Assembly (NCBI GenBank): GCA_963422595.1
Contig: OY730298.1
Span: 524,109 to 588,108, forward strand
From: Gammaproteobacteria bacterium
GTDB taxonomy: Bacteria; Pseudomonadota; Gammaproteobacteria; UBA4575
Length of the DNA: 64,000 nucleotides
Direction: 5' to 3'
Below are positions 52,035-61,286 of this stretch, one piece after another (position 1 is the first letter of the stretch; each line of letters opens with the position of its first letter). A program made the position numbers and the translations under genes. The notes below the pieces were generated by a model that was not told where the DNA came from, ran no database searches, and saw nothing but the letters and a program-made list of their open reading frames with translations.

Positions 52035-52099
52035 GCGAATGCGGCGGTCATGCAGGATCTCCAGAGTGACGCGCCGGGCAAAAGTCTGGGTTCGGGCAG

Positions 52100-52525
52100 T
52101 CAGCTACGGCGCGCGCGAATGATAACATCTACGGCTTCGATGTGAACGTCGTCCGGCAGTTCAGGCAGTTTTGCGATTTCAACGTGCTCGTCAGCGATAT
52201 CCTGAAGTTCACCACTGTCTGAATAATACAGGTGATGGTGTTTGGTGAGGTTGGAATCATAAAAAATTTTCGACGGGTCAACAATCACTTCGCGTACCAG
52301 ACCATGCCTGGCAAATAAACCAAGCGTGTTGTAAACCGTCGCCTTGGATACTTCGTCATGGCCCTGGTTTACCGCCAGCAATACTTGTTCGGCCGATAAA
52401 TGTTGCATGCGCGTAAATAAGATTTCTCCAATCCTGACGCGCTGATGGGTGGGCGTGATGTCGTGTTGCCGCAGTAAAGACGCGACTTGCGCGCGAGTTT
52501 TCAGGAAGTTTATTTTTATGTTCAT
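52100..52525 (-). CDS. Fur-family regulator, Irr-like
   Basis: T.QR..I, HLSAE, VSKATVYNTL, HHHLY; no CxxC motifs. Confidence 0.88.
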   Translation of the reverse strand: MNIKINFLKTRAQVASLLRQHDITPTHQRVRIGEILFTRMQHLSAEQVLLAVNQGHDEVSKATVYNTLGLFARHGLVREVIVDPSKIFYDSNLTKHHHLYYSDSGELQDIADEHVEIAKLPELPDDVHIEAVDVIIRARRS

Positions 52526-52609
52526 GGGTAGATTATAATTCAGACAAAGTCTATTTGCGCGGCTAATTATGGGGCTGAATTTTCATCTGGTGGCCGTTGG
52601 CAGCTTTTC

Positions 52610-53719
52610 TTACCACGCATACGCGGAAATTTGCGCCGCGCTGATTTTGTTGGTAATAAAATCGGCCATCAGTTTCGCGGTGGGGGCACTCATTACTATG
52701 CCATAACGAAAGTGGCCGGCATTGATGTAGAGTCCCGCATATTCGGGGTGCGCGCAAACATAGGGTAGCCGGCGCGTGGTGCCGGGGCGCAGGGCTGACC
52801 AGTGCCTGACAGGGTCTTGCCCCGACAGTGCCGGACACAGGCGGCGCGCCTGTGCACTAAGCAGACGTTGCGCTGTAGCGGTGGTTGCCTTGCTAAAACC
52901 AACGTGCTCCAATGTGCTGCCACATAAGATGTATTGGTCTTTACGCGGTACCAGGTAGAGACCGTCTTTTACTATGATGTGAGTCAGCAGGTTTCGCTCT
53001 GGTTTGAATAATAGCATTTGACCGCGCACCGGTTCAACGTCGGTGGCGTCGTCGCTGATGTTTTGCAGCAGTCGCTGTGTCCAGGCACCACTGCAAATAA
53101 CGTTATGCTCGGCAAACATGGTCATTTGATCTGTTACCACGCCCGCCACTTTGCCGGATTTCAGGATTAGCTTGTGTACCGTTGTTCCTTCAAAAATGCG
53201 TACGCCGCGTTGGCGTAAAGATTGCCGTATGGCTTTTATCAACAGTGGCGGGCGCACCTGCATGACAGAGGGGGCGTGTAACGCCAGGTGAATACCCTGG
53301 TCCAGGTGAGGCTCCAGCTGCTTAAGGTGATGACCATCGATTAGCTCTATCTGTACTTTGTTGTTGCGCGCCCAGGCCAGCGCGGCTGGTGTTTCATCCA
53401 CGTCGATAATGAGCATGCCACAGCGCAGCAGTTGTGCATCTGTGCCGGTTTCATCTTTGAGTTCGGCTACCAGCGCCGGGAAGAGCATTTGACCTTGAGC
53501 GATCAGCCGTTGCACGCTGGCGGTCTGTTGCCACGGGTATAGTTTGGAAAGTATCCCGGCTGCCGCCCAGCTGGCTTCTCCGCCCAGTTGATGTTTCTCC
53601 AGCAGGGCTACCGTAAGGCCTGCGATGCGCAAGTTGCGCGCGGTGAGCATGCCGATAACCCCACCACCTATCACCAGTACGTCATAACGTGCGTTTGCAT
53701 GCAGGGCCGGGACGTTCAT
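52610..53719 (-). CDS. thiO: Glycine oxidase
   Basis: VIGGGVIG, ASWAAAGIL, PVRGQM, LRPG, GHFRYGI; start moved to 53719 because the longer ORF overlaps tRNA-Gly; next to thiSG. Confidence 0.88.
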   Translation of the reverse strand: MNVPALHANARYDVLVIGGGVIGMLTARNLRIAGLTVALLEKHQLGGEASWAAAGILSKLYPWQQTASVQRLIAQGQMLFPALVAELKDETGTDAQLLRCGMLIIDVDETPAALAWARNNKVQIELIDGHHLKQLEPHLDQGIHLALHAPSVMQVRPPLLIKAIRQSLRQRGVRIFEGTTVHKLILKSGKVAGVVTDQMTMFAEHNVICSGAWTQRLLQNISDDATDVEPVRGQMLLFKPERNLLTHIIVKDGLYLVPRKDQYILCGSTLEHVGFSKATTATAQRLLSAQARRLCPALSGQDPVRHWSALRPGTTRRLPYVCAHPEYAGLYINAGHFRYGIVMSAPTAKLMADFITNKISAAQISAYAW

Positions 53720-53730
53720 GGTGATGACGC

Positions 53731-53804
53731 TGGAGCGGGTGATGGGGATCGAACCCACGTTACCAGCTTGGGAAGCTGGAGTTCTACCATTGAACTACAC
53801 CCGC
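53731..53804 (-). tRNA. tRNA-Gly (CCC)
   Basis: GCGGGTGTAGTTCAATGGTAGAACTCCAGCTT-CCC-AAGCTGGTAACGTGGGTTCGATCCCCATCACCCGCTCCA, 74 nt. Confidence 0.98.
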
Positions 53805-53907
53805 AAAAAATTCCTGTTTTAACGGCTATTGTGAGATTACACTATACGCATGACAGGTAGCCCATTGAAAGGGCTTGTCTCTACAAAAATGCCGTTTTGG
53901 ATAGCGT

Positions 53908-54108
53908 GTGAAGATCATTGTAAATGGTGAACAGACGGAGGTGGAGGAAGGTTCTACCGCACATTTGTTGCTGCAGAAACTGGGCCTGCCGAAACACCGG
54001 CTGGCACTGGAGGTTAATGAGGAAATAGTGCCGCGTAGCAAGCTGTCGCAGTGTGTGCTGCAAGCCGGCGATCGCGTGGAGGTGGTTCACGCAGTGGGGG
54101 GGGGTTGA
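53908..54108 (+). CDS. thiS: Sulfur carrier protein ThiS
   Basis: I.VNGE, ALEVNEEIVPRS, C-terminal VGGG. Confidence 0.96.
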   Translation: MKIIVNGEQTEVEEGSTAHLLLQKLGLPKHRLALEVNEEIVPRSKLSQCVLQAGDRVEVVHAVGGG

Positions 54109-54196
54109 ATGGATTTTAGCCGCGCGGTTTCAGGTGTGGCGCGTTGACATTAAAACCGGTTTACAGACGGCACTTTAATTTACAGCAAACTATAGC

Positions 54197-55006
54197 GTGA
54201 TGACGCCAGATTCTTCAAGCGATTATAACCACGATACGCTTACTATCGCCGGCAAACGTTACACGTCACGCCTGTTGGTAGGCACGGGCAAGTATAAAGA
54301 CTTGCAGGAAACCCGCGCGGCGATAGTGGCCAGTGGTGCAGAGATTGTGACGGTCGCTATGCGCAGAACTAACATTGGACAAGAGGCTGACGAACCTAAT
54401 CTGCTGGATGTCATCCCGCTCGATGAATTTACTATCCTGCCGAATACCGCCGGTTGTTATAGTGCTAAAGACGCAGTGCGCACCTGCCGCCTGGCGCGCG
54501 AGTTGTTGGATGGACGTGCGCTGGTAAAACTTGAAGTGCTTGGTGATGCAACAACGCTTTATCCGAACGTGGTCGAAACCCTGGCGGCGGCGGCGACTTT
54601 AATAAAGGAAAATTTCCAGGTCATGGTGTATACCAATGACGATCCGGTGGTAGCGAAACAGTTAGAGGAGCTGGGTTGCGTGGCGGTGATGCCGCTGGCG
54701 GCACCGATCGGTTCAGGGTTGGGGATACGTAACCCTTATAATATTCTCACTATCGTCGAAAATGCCAGGGTGCCAATTTTGGTGGACGCCGGCGTGGGCA
54801 CCGCTTCGGACGCGGCCGTGGCCATGGAGCTCGGTTGTGACGGGGTGCTTATGAATACCGCTATTGCCGAGGCCAGACAGCCCGTGTTGATGGCGTCCGC
54901 AATGCGGCAGGGCGTGGCAGCAGGCCGCCAGGCGTTTCTGGCCGGGCGCATGCCCAGGAGACATTTCGCCACGGCTTCGTCACCCATGGATGATACCTTC
55001 TATTAA
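54197..55006 (+). CDS. thiG: Thiazole synthase
   Basis: [36 protein letters not shown]. Confidence 0.98.
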   Translation: MMTPDSSSDYNHDTLTIAGKRYTSRLLVGTGKYKDLQETRAAIVASGAEIVTVAMRRTNIGQEADEPNLLDVIPLDEFTILPNTAGCYSAKDAVRTCRLARELLDGRALVKLEVLGDATTLYPNVVETLAAAATLIKENFQVMVYTNDDPVVAKQLEELGCVAVMPLAAPIGSGLGIRNPYNILTIVENARVPILVDAGVGTASDAAVAMELGCDGVLMNTAIAEARQPVLMASAMRQGVAAGRQAFLAGRMPRRHFATASSPMDDTFY

Positions 55007-55219
55007 AATATGGGTAACGGACGCGCAGGATATGAAGAATTTTGGATGGAACTGGTTGTCGGGCCTCTATTGCAAGCAATTATTAAACTCTCAGGGGAAG
55101 ACCGGGGAGTTAATAAAGGTTGCCGGAAAATTGTTTTATGACCAGAAAAAACGGTCTGTAAAAAAGGGGGGAAGGTATTGTAAATGCCGTTGTCAGGCTC
55201 ATAAAACTCTACAAACAAT

Positions 55220-55891
55220 ATGCGAGGAGCTTTGATTCGCAGCTTTGTCCGACGTGAGGGGCGCATCACTAAAGGGCAGCAGGCGGCATTGAAGAGGTAT
55301 TGGCCGGTGTATGGCGTGGAGGCCGGGGATGATCTGCTCAATTTGCCGACTCTGTTTGATAATTCGCGCTCTGTGGTTCTGGATATTGGATTTGGTAACG
55401 GTGAGGCACTGGTACTGCTTGCCGAGCAGTATCCACAGCTGAATTTTTTGGGGGTTGAGGTGTATCGGCCCGGCATTGGTTCGCTGTTGCGAAGGCTTGC
55501 GGCATGTAAGCTGCAAAACGTTCGGGTTGTGAACGCAGATGCGGTTGCGTTGTTGCGCGAACGTCTGGCGGACGGGGGTTTATTGGCTACTTTAATATGG
55601 TTTCCGGACCCCTGGCCAAAGCTGCGTCATCATAAAAGGCGCCTGATACAACACCAGTTTGTGCGCCTGCTCGCCGCTAAGCTGGTGGATGCAGGTGAAT
55701 TACATATAGCCACCGATTGGCGGCCTTACGCGCAGCATATACAGGACCTTTTGCGGGGCAGCAAGGTGTTCCGGGAGGTGCGTACGTCGGAGGTGATTGG
55801 AGCACGACCAGCAACAAAATTTGAGCGCCGCAGCAAACTATCAGGGCACCAGATATTCGCACAGGTGTATAAAAAATTACCTAGGCTTTGA
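55220..55891 (+). CDS. trmB: tRNA (guanine-N7)-methyltransferase
   Basis: IRSFVRREGR, DIGFGNG, FPDPWPK.RH.KRR, ATDW..YA, TKFE. Confidence 0.97.
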   Translation: MRGALIRSFVRREGRITKGQQAALKRYWPVYGVEAGDDLLNLPTLFDNSRSVVLDIGFGNGEALVLLAEQYPQLNFLGVEVYRPGIGSLLRRLAACKLQNVRVVNADAVALLRERLADGGLLATLIWFPDPWPKLRHHKRRLIQHQFVRLLAAKLVDAGELHIATDWRPYAQHIQDLLRGSKVFREVRTSEVIGARPATKFERRSKLSGHQIFAQVYKKLPRL

Positions 55892-57692
55892 TGGCGGTTT
55901 GCCCGGTAAGCGCCTCGCGCTTGTTTACCGGACATGCATGTTGTTTGGCCAGCGGGCAGGCTTCTTCCTGACAGTGGCTGATGTTTTGCCAGGCGAATTC
56001 GATCGCGCGCTCATCAGAGCGGAAGAAATGGTCAATCCAATCGGGACCGGCAAAGCCGGTGCGCATGAATACGTCCATGACTTGACGCTTGGTGCGCGCG
56101 AATACGAATTCAATGCCTAATTCCACCAGCCGCAATGACAGCTTGTGCAGCATGTCTTCGCCAGTGGCGTCTATCTCGGTAATGGCTTCGGCATCGATAA
56201 TGATAAATTTGAGTTCTGGCTTGGCGGCCACGCGCTCCAGCACTTTTGCCTCAAAGTATGTGGCACTGGCGAAAAACAGCGGGCCTTCAAAACGCAGTAT
56301 GGCTATTTTGGGACAGGTTTTAAGGATGTTGGCCTGGGCGTCACGTAAGGTGCCGTCGGTATGACGTGATAGTACCGAGATGTGCGGACGCATGGTTCTG
56401 TACATGAATAAACCCAGCGATAACAGTACGCCGATAAGTATGCTTTGCTCTAAGTGCGGCGCCAGAATTAACGTTAACACGAACGTTAGTATGGCGATAA
56501 AACCGTCGTGTTTGTGCACACGCAGCGCGTATTTAATCTGTTTGATGCGAATCAGGTTGGCTACGGCAGAGATGATTACCGCCGCTAATGTGGCCTGCGG
56601 CAGGTGGTACAGGTATTGGGTGAAGTACAGGAACATCAGTGACACTGCGACCAGTAGCCCGGTAATGATGGCTGCAAACCCGGTTTTGGCGCCTGCCGAC
56701 ATGTTGACCGCGGAACGTGAGAAAGACCCGGCTACTGGATATGCGCCCGATAAACCAGCGCTGATGTTTGCCAGACCCTGACCTATCAGGCCTTGATTGG
56801 CGTCGATGCGTTGACGGGTTTGCACGGCAATGGCTTTGGCAATGGAGATGGCTTCCATGTAGCCGACCACCGCGATGACGATGGCTTTGCCGATGAGGTC
56901 AAACGCGATGGACATTTCGAATGCGGGCCAGGCAATGGCAGGCAGTCCCGCCGGGACGTTGCCAACTACTCGCCCCCCTAAAGAGGATTCATAGCCCACT
57001 GCAAATGCAATGAGACTGGTGACGATTACCGCGGCAAGCACCGCCGGCACCCTGGGTGCGTATCGCTGTAACCCGAAAATGATGACCAGGGCGGTTATGC
57101 CCATCGCCAGCGTTGGCACGTGCGTGTGCGTGGAGGCCTCTACCAGTACGTTCCAAATAGTTACATAAAAATGATGACCGGTTTCCTGCTCGACCCCAAA
57201 CAGTTTGGAGAGTTGAGAGGCACCGATGATGATGGCCGCGGCATTGGTAAAACCAATCACTACCGGATGGGATAAAAATTCCACCAGTACCCCCAGCCGT
57301 AACAGGCCCAGCGACATTTGGAAAATGCCCACCATCATGGCGATGACCGCCGCATATACTAAATAGCCTTGCGGATTGGTAACCGCTAACGGTTCTAATG
57401 CCGCGGCGGTCATTAATGAAACTACGGCGACCGGGCCGGTTTGTAATTGACGGGAGGAACCAAATAATGAGGCGATGATAACGGGTAGAAACGATGCGTA
57501 GAGGCCGTAGTAGGCAGGTAAGCCAGCCAGCTGCGCATAGGCCATGGATTGTGGGATGAGTACCAGCGCTACGGTTAACCCAGCGACCAGGTCTTGCCGT
57601 AGCGTGGCCGGATTTTTGAGGTCTCCCAGCCAGTTCATGTACGGTATGAACCGGCTAATAAGTTCACGTGTGTATTGCCGTGCCGAGATCAA
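55881..57692 (-). CDS. SulP family anion transporter with STAS domain
   Basis: DLVAGLTVA...PQSMAYA, GSFSRSAVN, STAS LFFA...IDATG. Confidence 0.95.
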   Translation of the reverse strand: MISARQYTRELISRFIPYMNWLGDLKNPATLRQDLVAGLTVALVLIPQSMAYAQLAGLPAYYGLYASFLPVIIASLFGSSRQLQTGPVAVVSLMTAAALEPLAVTNPQGYLVYAAVIAMMVGIFQMSLGLLRLGVLVEFLSHPVVIGFTNAAAIIIGASQLSKLFGVEQETGHHFYVTIWNVLVEASTHTHVPTLAMGITALVIIFGLQRYAPRVPAVLAAVIVTSLIAFAVGYESSLGGRVVGNVPAGLPAIAWPAFEMSIAFDLIGKAIVIAVVGYMEAISIAKAIAVQTRQRIDANQGLIGQGLANISAGLSGAYPVAGSFSRSAVNMSAGAKTGFAAIITGLLVAVSLMFLYFTQYLYHLPQATLAAVIISAVANLIRIKQIKYALRVHKHDGFIAILTFVLTLILAPHLEQSILIGVLLSLGLFMYRTMRPHISVLSRHTDGTLRDAQANILKTCPKIAILRFEGPLFFASATYFEAKVLERVAAKPELKFIIIDAEAITEIDATGEDMLHKLSLRLVELGIEFVFARTKRQVMDVFMRTGFAGPDWIDHFFRSDERAIEFAWQNISHCQEEACPLAKQHACPVNKREALTGQTAIKA

Positions 57693-58091
57693 CTAATTCT
57701 CCTGTATCATAACGTCAGTCCTTCAGCACCACCGAACGGTGGGAAGTTGAGCTTTATACTCTGCCCCCGCAAGTTAACGATGAGGTTATGCGCAGTTATG
57801 AAATTATCTTAACACGCTTTATTAAACCATGAGTGTAATCGCCCAATTTTCCACACCGATTGTGAAGCTGAATTCGGTTTTGTTTGCAGCGATCAATAAA
57901 GTATTTGTCTGACTGTGATAATAATGTTTTTCATTGCGTGATTAAACGTGCAAAATCAGGCGGTAAGTAAACAACCGCGAGCATACAGCCAGCAAAATTT
58001 ACGCTGGGTATAGATGCATTGGGTGAAGACATTGAAAATTCTTTTATTCCTGAACCTGGTCAACTGGTGATGCCAGCAGCGGCTCCGGTGT

Positions 58092-59213
58092 ATGACTGAG
58101 CCGTTTCAATTCGCCACCGCTCGTGGGCAGCCGGCACGCGAACTGGTAAACGATTGCTTATGCCAACTGGGCGCAGTGCGGGGAAAATTTCAACTGGGCT
58201 TCATTTATGCCAACGATACGCTGTGTGATGATCTGCAAGGTATTGTCGGCCGCTTCAAACAGGAAACCGGTATTGAGGATTGGGTTGGCACCGTGGGTAT
58301 CGGGCTTTGTAGTACTGGCACTGAGTATTATGACGAGGCCGCTTTGGTGGTGATGCTGGCGGATATTGAGGCACGTGATTTCACCATTGTCGGTGCGCGC
58401 GATTTGAGCGAGGAGCAATTACTGGAACAGGTTTCAGGCCGGTGTAAGGAGGACTTGCCTCACGTCGGTATTGTGCATGGGGATCCCAGCAATCCCGCCA
58501 CCCCAAACCTGATTGGGAAGATTTCTGAAGCGGTGCCGGCAGCTTATTTGGTGGGCGGCTTAACTTCGTCAAATTTTCAGCATTATCAGGTCGCAAGGCA
58601 TGTTATCAGCGGTAGCGTGTCGGGTATTTTTTTCTCTTCACGTGTCAATACTATCGTCGGGCATACGCAAGGCTGCACGCCACTGCATCAGCGACATGTG
58701 GTGACTAAGGCTGAACGTAATTTGCTTATCGAATTGGACCACCGCCCGGCACTGGAGGTGTTGCGCGAGGATATTGGAGAGGTGCTGGCCAAGGATTTGT
58801 ATAAAATTGCCGGATATATCTTTGCCGGTCTGCCGGTTAAGTATTCTGATACCGGAGATTATCTGGTCAGGAATATCATCGGGCTGGACGAAAACGAGAA
58901 TATCATCGCGATTGGGGATTATGTCTGTGAGGGCAGTGCATTCATGTTCTGCCGACGCGATGGTAACAGTGCCAGGGAGGATATGTTGCGCATGTTGCAC
59001 ACTATGAAGACGCGCCTGCAAACCCCACCACGCGGCGGCGTGTATTACACTTGCCTGGGGCGAGGACGCCACCAGTTTGGGGATGATTCTGAAGAACTTA
59101 AGATGATTCAGGCAGAGTTGGGTGATTTCCCTCTGGCCGGGTTTTTTGCGAATGGGGAGATCTTTCATAACCGGCTGTATGGCTATACCGGCGTGCTCAC
59201 TCTGTTTAGGTAG
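58092..59213 (+). CDS. FIST N/C domain protein
   Basis: LVGG, QGC.P, VTKAERN..ELD.RPAL, YLVRN..G.D, Y..C.GRG, PLAGFFANGEI, YTGV. Confidence 0.9.
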   Translation: MTEPFQFATARGQPARELVNDCLCQLGAVRGKFQLGFIYANDTLCDDLQGIVGRFKQETGIEDWVGTVGIGLCSTGTEYYDEAALVVMLADIEARDFTIVGARDLSEEQLLEQVSGRCKEDLPHVGIVHGDPSNPATPNLIGKISEAVPAAYLVGGLTSSNFQHYQVARHVISGSVSGIFFSSRVNTIVGHTQGCTPLHQRHVVTKAERNLLIELDHRPALEVLREDIGEVLAKDLYKIAGYIFAGLPVKYSDTGDYLVRNIIGLDENENIIAIGDYVCEGSAFMFCRRDGNSAREDMLRMLHTMKTRLQTPPRGGVYYTCLGRGRHQFGDDSEELKMIQAELGDFPLAGFFANGEIFHNRLYGYTGVLTLFR

Positions 59214-59222
59214 TTTTATAGC

Positions 59223-60257
59223 ATGCGCTTTGAGCAGCTGGGTAACAGCGGGGTAAAGGTTAGTAAGATTTGCCTGGGCACAATGACTTTTGGCGAACAG
59301 AATACCGCCAGCGAGGCGCGCGCGCAATTGGATTACGCCACCGCGCAGGGCGTTAATTTTGTTGACACGGCAGAGCTATACCCGGTGCCACCCCGGCAGC
59401 GTACGCAGGGAAAAACCGAGGAGTTTGTCGGCAGCTGGCTTAAAAAAAGTGGCCGCCGTAAGCATATTGTATTGGCTACTAAAGTTTGCGGGCCTGGCGC
59501 AACACCCTATCTGCGCGGTGGCCCGCAGCTTACACCTGAGCATATAAACGCGGCTTTGGATGCGAGCCTGAAACGCTTGCAGACTGATTATATCGACTTG
59601 TATCAGGTACATTGGCCGGCCAGAAATACTAATTTCTTCGGCAAATTGGGTTATCAGCATCGCCAAACAGATCACCCGACTTTGATAGAGGACACTTACG
59701 CTTGTTTGGCGCAGGCGGTAGCACAGGGTAAGGTGCGTTACCTGGGAATAAGCAATGAAACTCCCTGGGGGGTGATGCGGTATCAGTGGTTGGCGCAGGT
59801 ACATGCCTGGCCCGGTATGGTTAGCGTGCAGAACCCGTATAGTTTATTAAACCGTACCTATGAGGTAGGGCTGGCGGAAATTTCGCATCGCGAAAAAATC
59901 GGGTTGCTGGCGTATTCACCATTGGGGTTCGGCGTGTTAACTGGTAAGTATTTGGATGGCAAGGCACCAGCAAACGCGCGCTTGTGTTTGTTTAAGCGCT
60001 TTGACCGGTATAGCGACGCGCCGGGGGTGAAGGCGACGCGTACGTACGTGGAACTGGCGCGGCAATATGGATATTCTCCGGCACAACTGGCGTTGGCGTT
60101 TGTCCATTCCAGACCATTTGTGACTGCGACTATCATCGGTGCGACGAGCTTGCAGCAGCTGGCAGAGAATGTTGATAGTGTCAATCTGAAGCTTCCAAAT
60201 GACCTGATGGAAAAAATTGAACGGCTGCATCAACAGCAACCTAACCCCTGCCCTTAG
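59223..60257 (+). CDS. tas: NADP(H)-dependent aldo/keto reductase (Tas-like)
   Basis: LGTMTFGEQN, DTAELYPVPP, DLYQVHWP.R, SNETPWG, AYSPL, NPCP. Confidence 0.9.
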   Translation: MRFEQLGNSGVKVSKICLGTMTFGEQNTASEARAQLDYATAQGVNFVDTAELYPVPPRQRTQGKTEEFVGSWLKKSGRRKHIVLATKVCGPGATPYLRGGPQLTPEHINAALDASLKRLQTDYIDLYQVHWPARNTNFFGKLGYQHRQTDHPTLIEDTYACLAQAVAQGKVRYLGISNETPWGVMRYQWLAQVHAWPGMVSVQNPYSLLNRTYEVGLAEISHREKIGLLAYSPLGFGVLTGKYLDGKAPANARLCLFKRFDRYSDAPGVKATRTYVELARQYGYSPAQLALAFVHSRPFVTATIIGATSLQQLAENVDSVNLKLPNDLMEKIERLHQQQPNPCP

Positions 60258-60304
60258 CCTGACTCTCTACAGAAAAGCTAGTCGATAAGGGAGCTAAACG
60301 TGAT

Positions 60305-60493
60305 TTGGCGGTGGAATTGATCAGTCGTCTATGGGGTGCCTTCGAGTTGGTAAGGCCCACTCTTGAAGACTGTGATCCAAAACCGATAGACCCGGACGAC
60401 TTGATGTTTTTGCTTTGTGCCTTGGATGGCGATGCGGATTACTTGATTTCTGAAGACAGTTTACATAGGGTAAATAGAGAAGTTTATGGCTGA
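60305..60493 (+). pseudogene. C-terminal fragment of a PIN-domain toxin
   Basis: DPDDLMFLLCALDGDADYLISED matches the PIN pattern DPDD.KFL.CA..G.ADYIV(T/S)GD; N-terminal D.N motif and antitoxin absent. Confidence 0.65.
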
Positions 60494-61268
60494 ATCTCAA
60501 ATAGAATGGACAGACGCCACCTGGAATCCTGTGGCTGGCTGCTCCTTAGCTAGTGCTGGATGTAAGCATTGCTATGCGATGCAAATGGCTCGTCGGCTTG
60601 AGGCTATGGGGGTCGAAAAGTACAAAGGGCTTACCCGGAAAAAAGGTAAAAACATCACCTGGAATGGCGTTATTCGTGAAGATGTTGATGCATTGGCAAT
60701 ACCCTATCGCTGGAAAAAGCCACGAAAGATTTTCGTGAATTCCATGAGCGATCTGTTTCATGAAAAGGTCAGCGATGATTTTATTTTGGCAGTTTGGAAA
60801 GTTATGGAGGAAACCCCCAGGCATAACTACCAAATATTGACCAAGCGTCCAGAGAGAATGCAGCAGTTTGTAAAAGGCAAGATTAAAAAGGTTTTGCCTA
60901 ATGTATGGCTGGGCACTACTGTTGAAGATGCTGAAGCTAAGAGCCGAATTGCCCACTTGCGAGGCACTCCAGCTGCAATTCGTTTTATTTCTTTTGAACC
61001 ACTAATTGCCGGTGTGGGTAAGGTTAATTTACGGAGTGTCGATTGGGCTATTGTTGGTGGAGAAAGTGGTAGCAAAGCAAGGCCTGTTCAGGAAAAGTGG
61101 ATTGATGAAATTCACGAGCAATGCAAAAAATATGACACAGCGTTCTTCTTTAAACAATGGGGCTCCTGGGGTAAAGACAATAAAAAACGCTCTAAAAAAG
61201 CCAATGGGCGAGAGTATAGAGGACAGACTTGGGATGAGATGCCTAAATCACTAATAGCAGCCATGTAA
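60486..61268 (+). CDS. DUF5131 / phage Gp37Gp68 family protein (three-Cys, radical-SAM-like)
   Basis: IEWTDATWNPVAGC(x6)CKHCYA, IFVNSMSDLFH, QILTKRPER, FISFEPL, GGESG, FFFKQWG. Confidence 0.93.
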   Translation: MAESQIEWTDATWNPVAGCSLASAGCKHCYAMQMARRLEAMGVEKYKGLTRKKGKNITWNGVIREDVDALAIPYRWKKPRKIFVNSMSDLFHEKVSDDFILAVWKVMEETPRHNYQILTKRPERMQQFVKGKIKKVLPNVWLGTTVEDAEAKSRIAHLRGTPAAIRFISFEPLIAGVGKVNLRSVDWAIVGGESGSKARPVQEKWIDEIHEQCKKYDTAFFFKQWGSWGKDNKKRSKKANGREYRGQTWDEMPKSLIAAM

Positions 61269-61286
61269 ACGACAAGGAGAGCACTT

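Noticed and set aside
53720-53758. N-terminal extension of thiO given in the ORF track
   Set aside because: It overlaps tRNA-Gly; the ATG at 53719 is more plausible
58638-59327. Long antisense ORFs (this 229-aa one and many similar shadows of groL, purD, rho and others)
   Set aside because: They lie opposite well-supported genes and have no motifs
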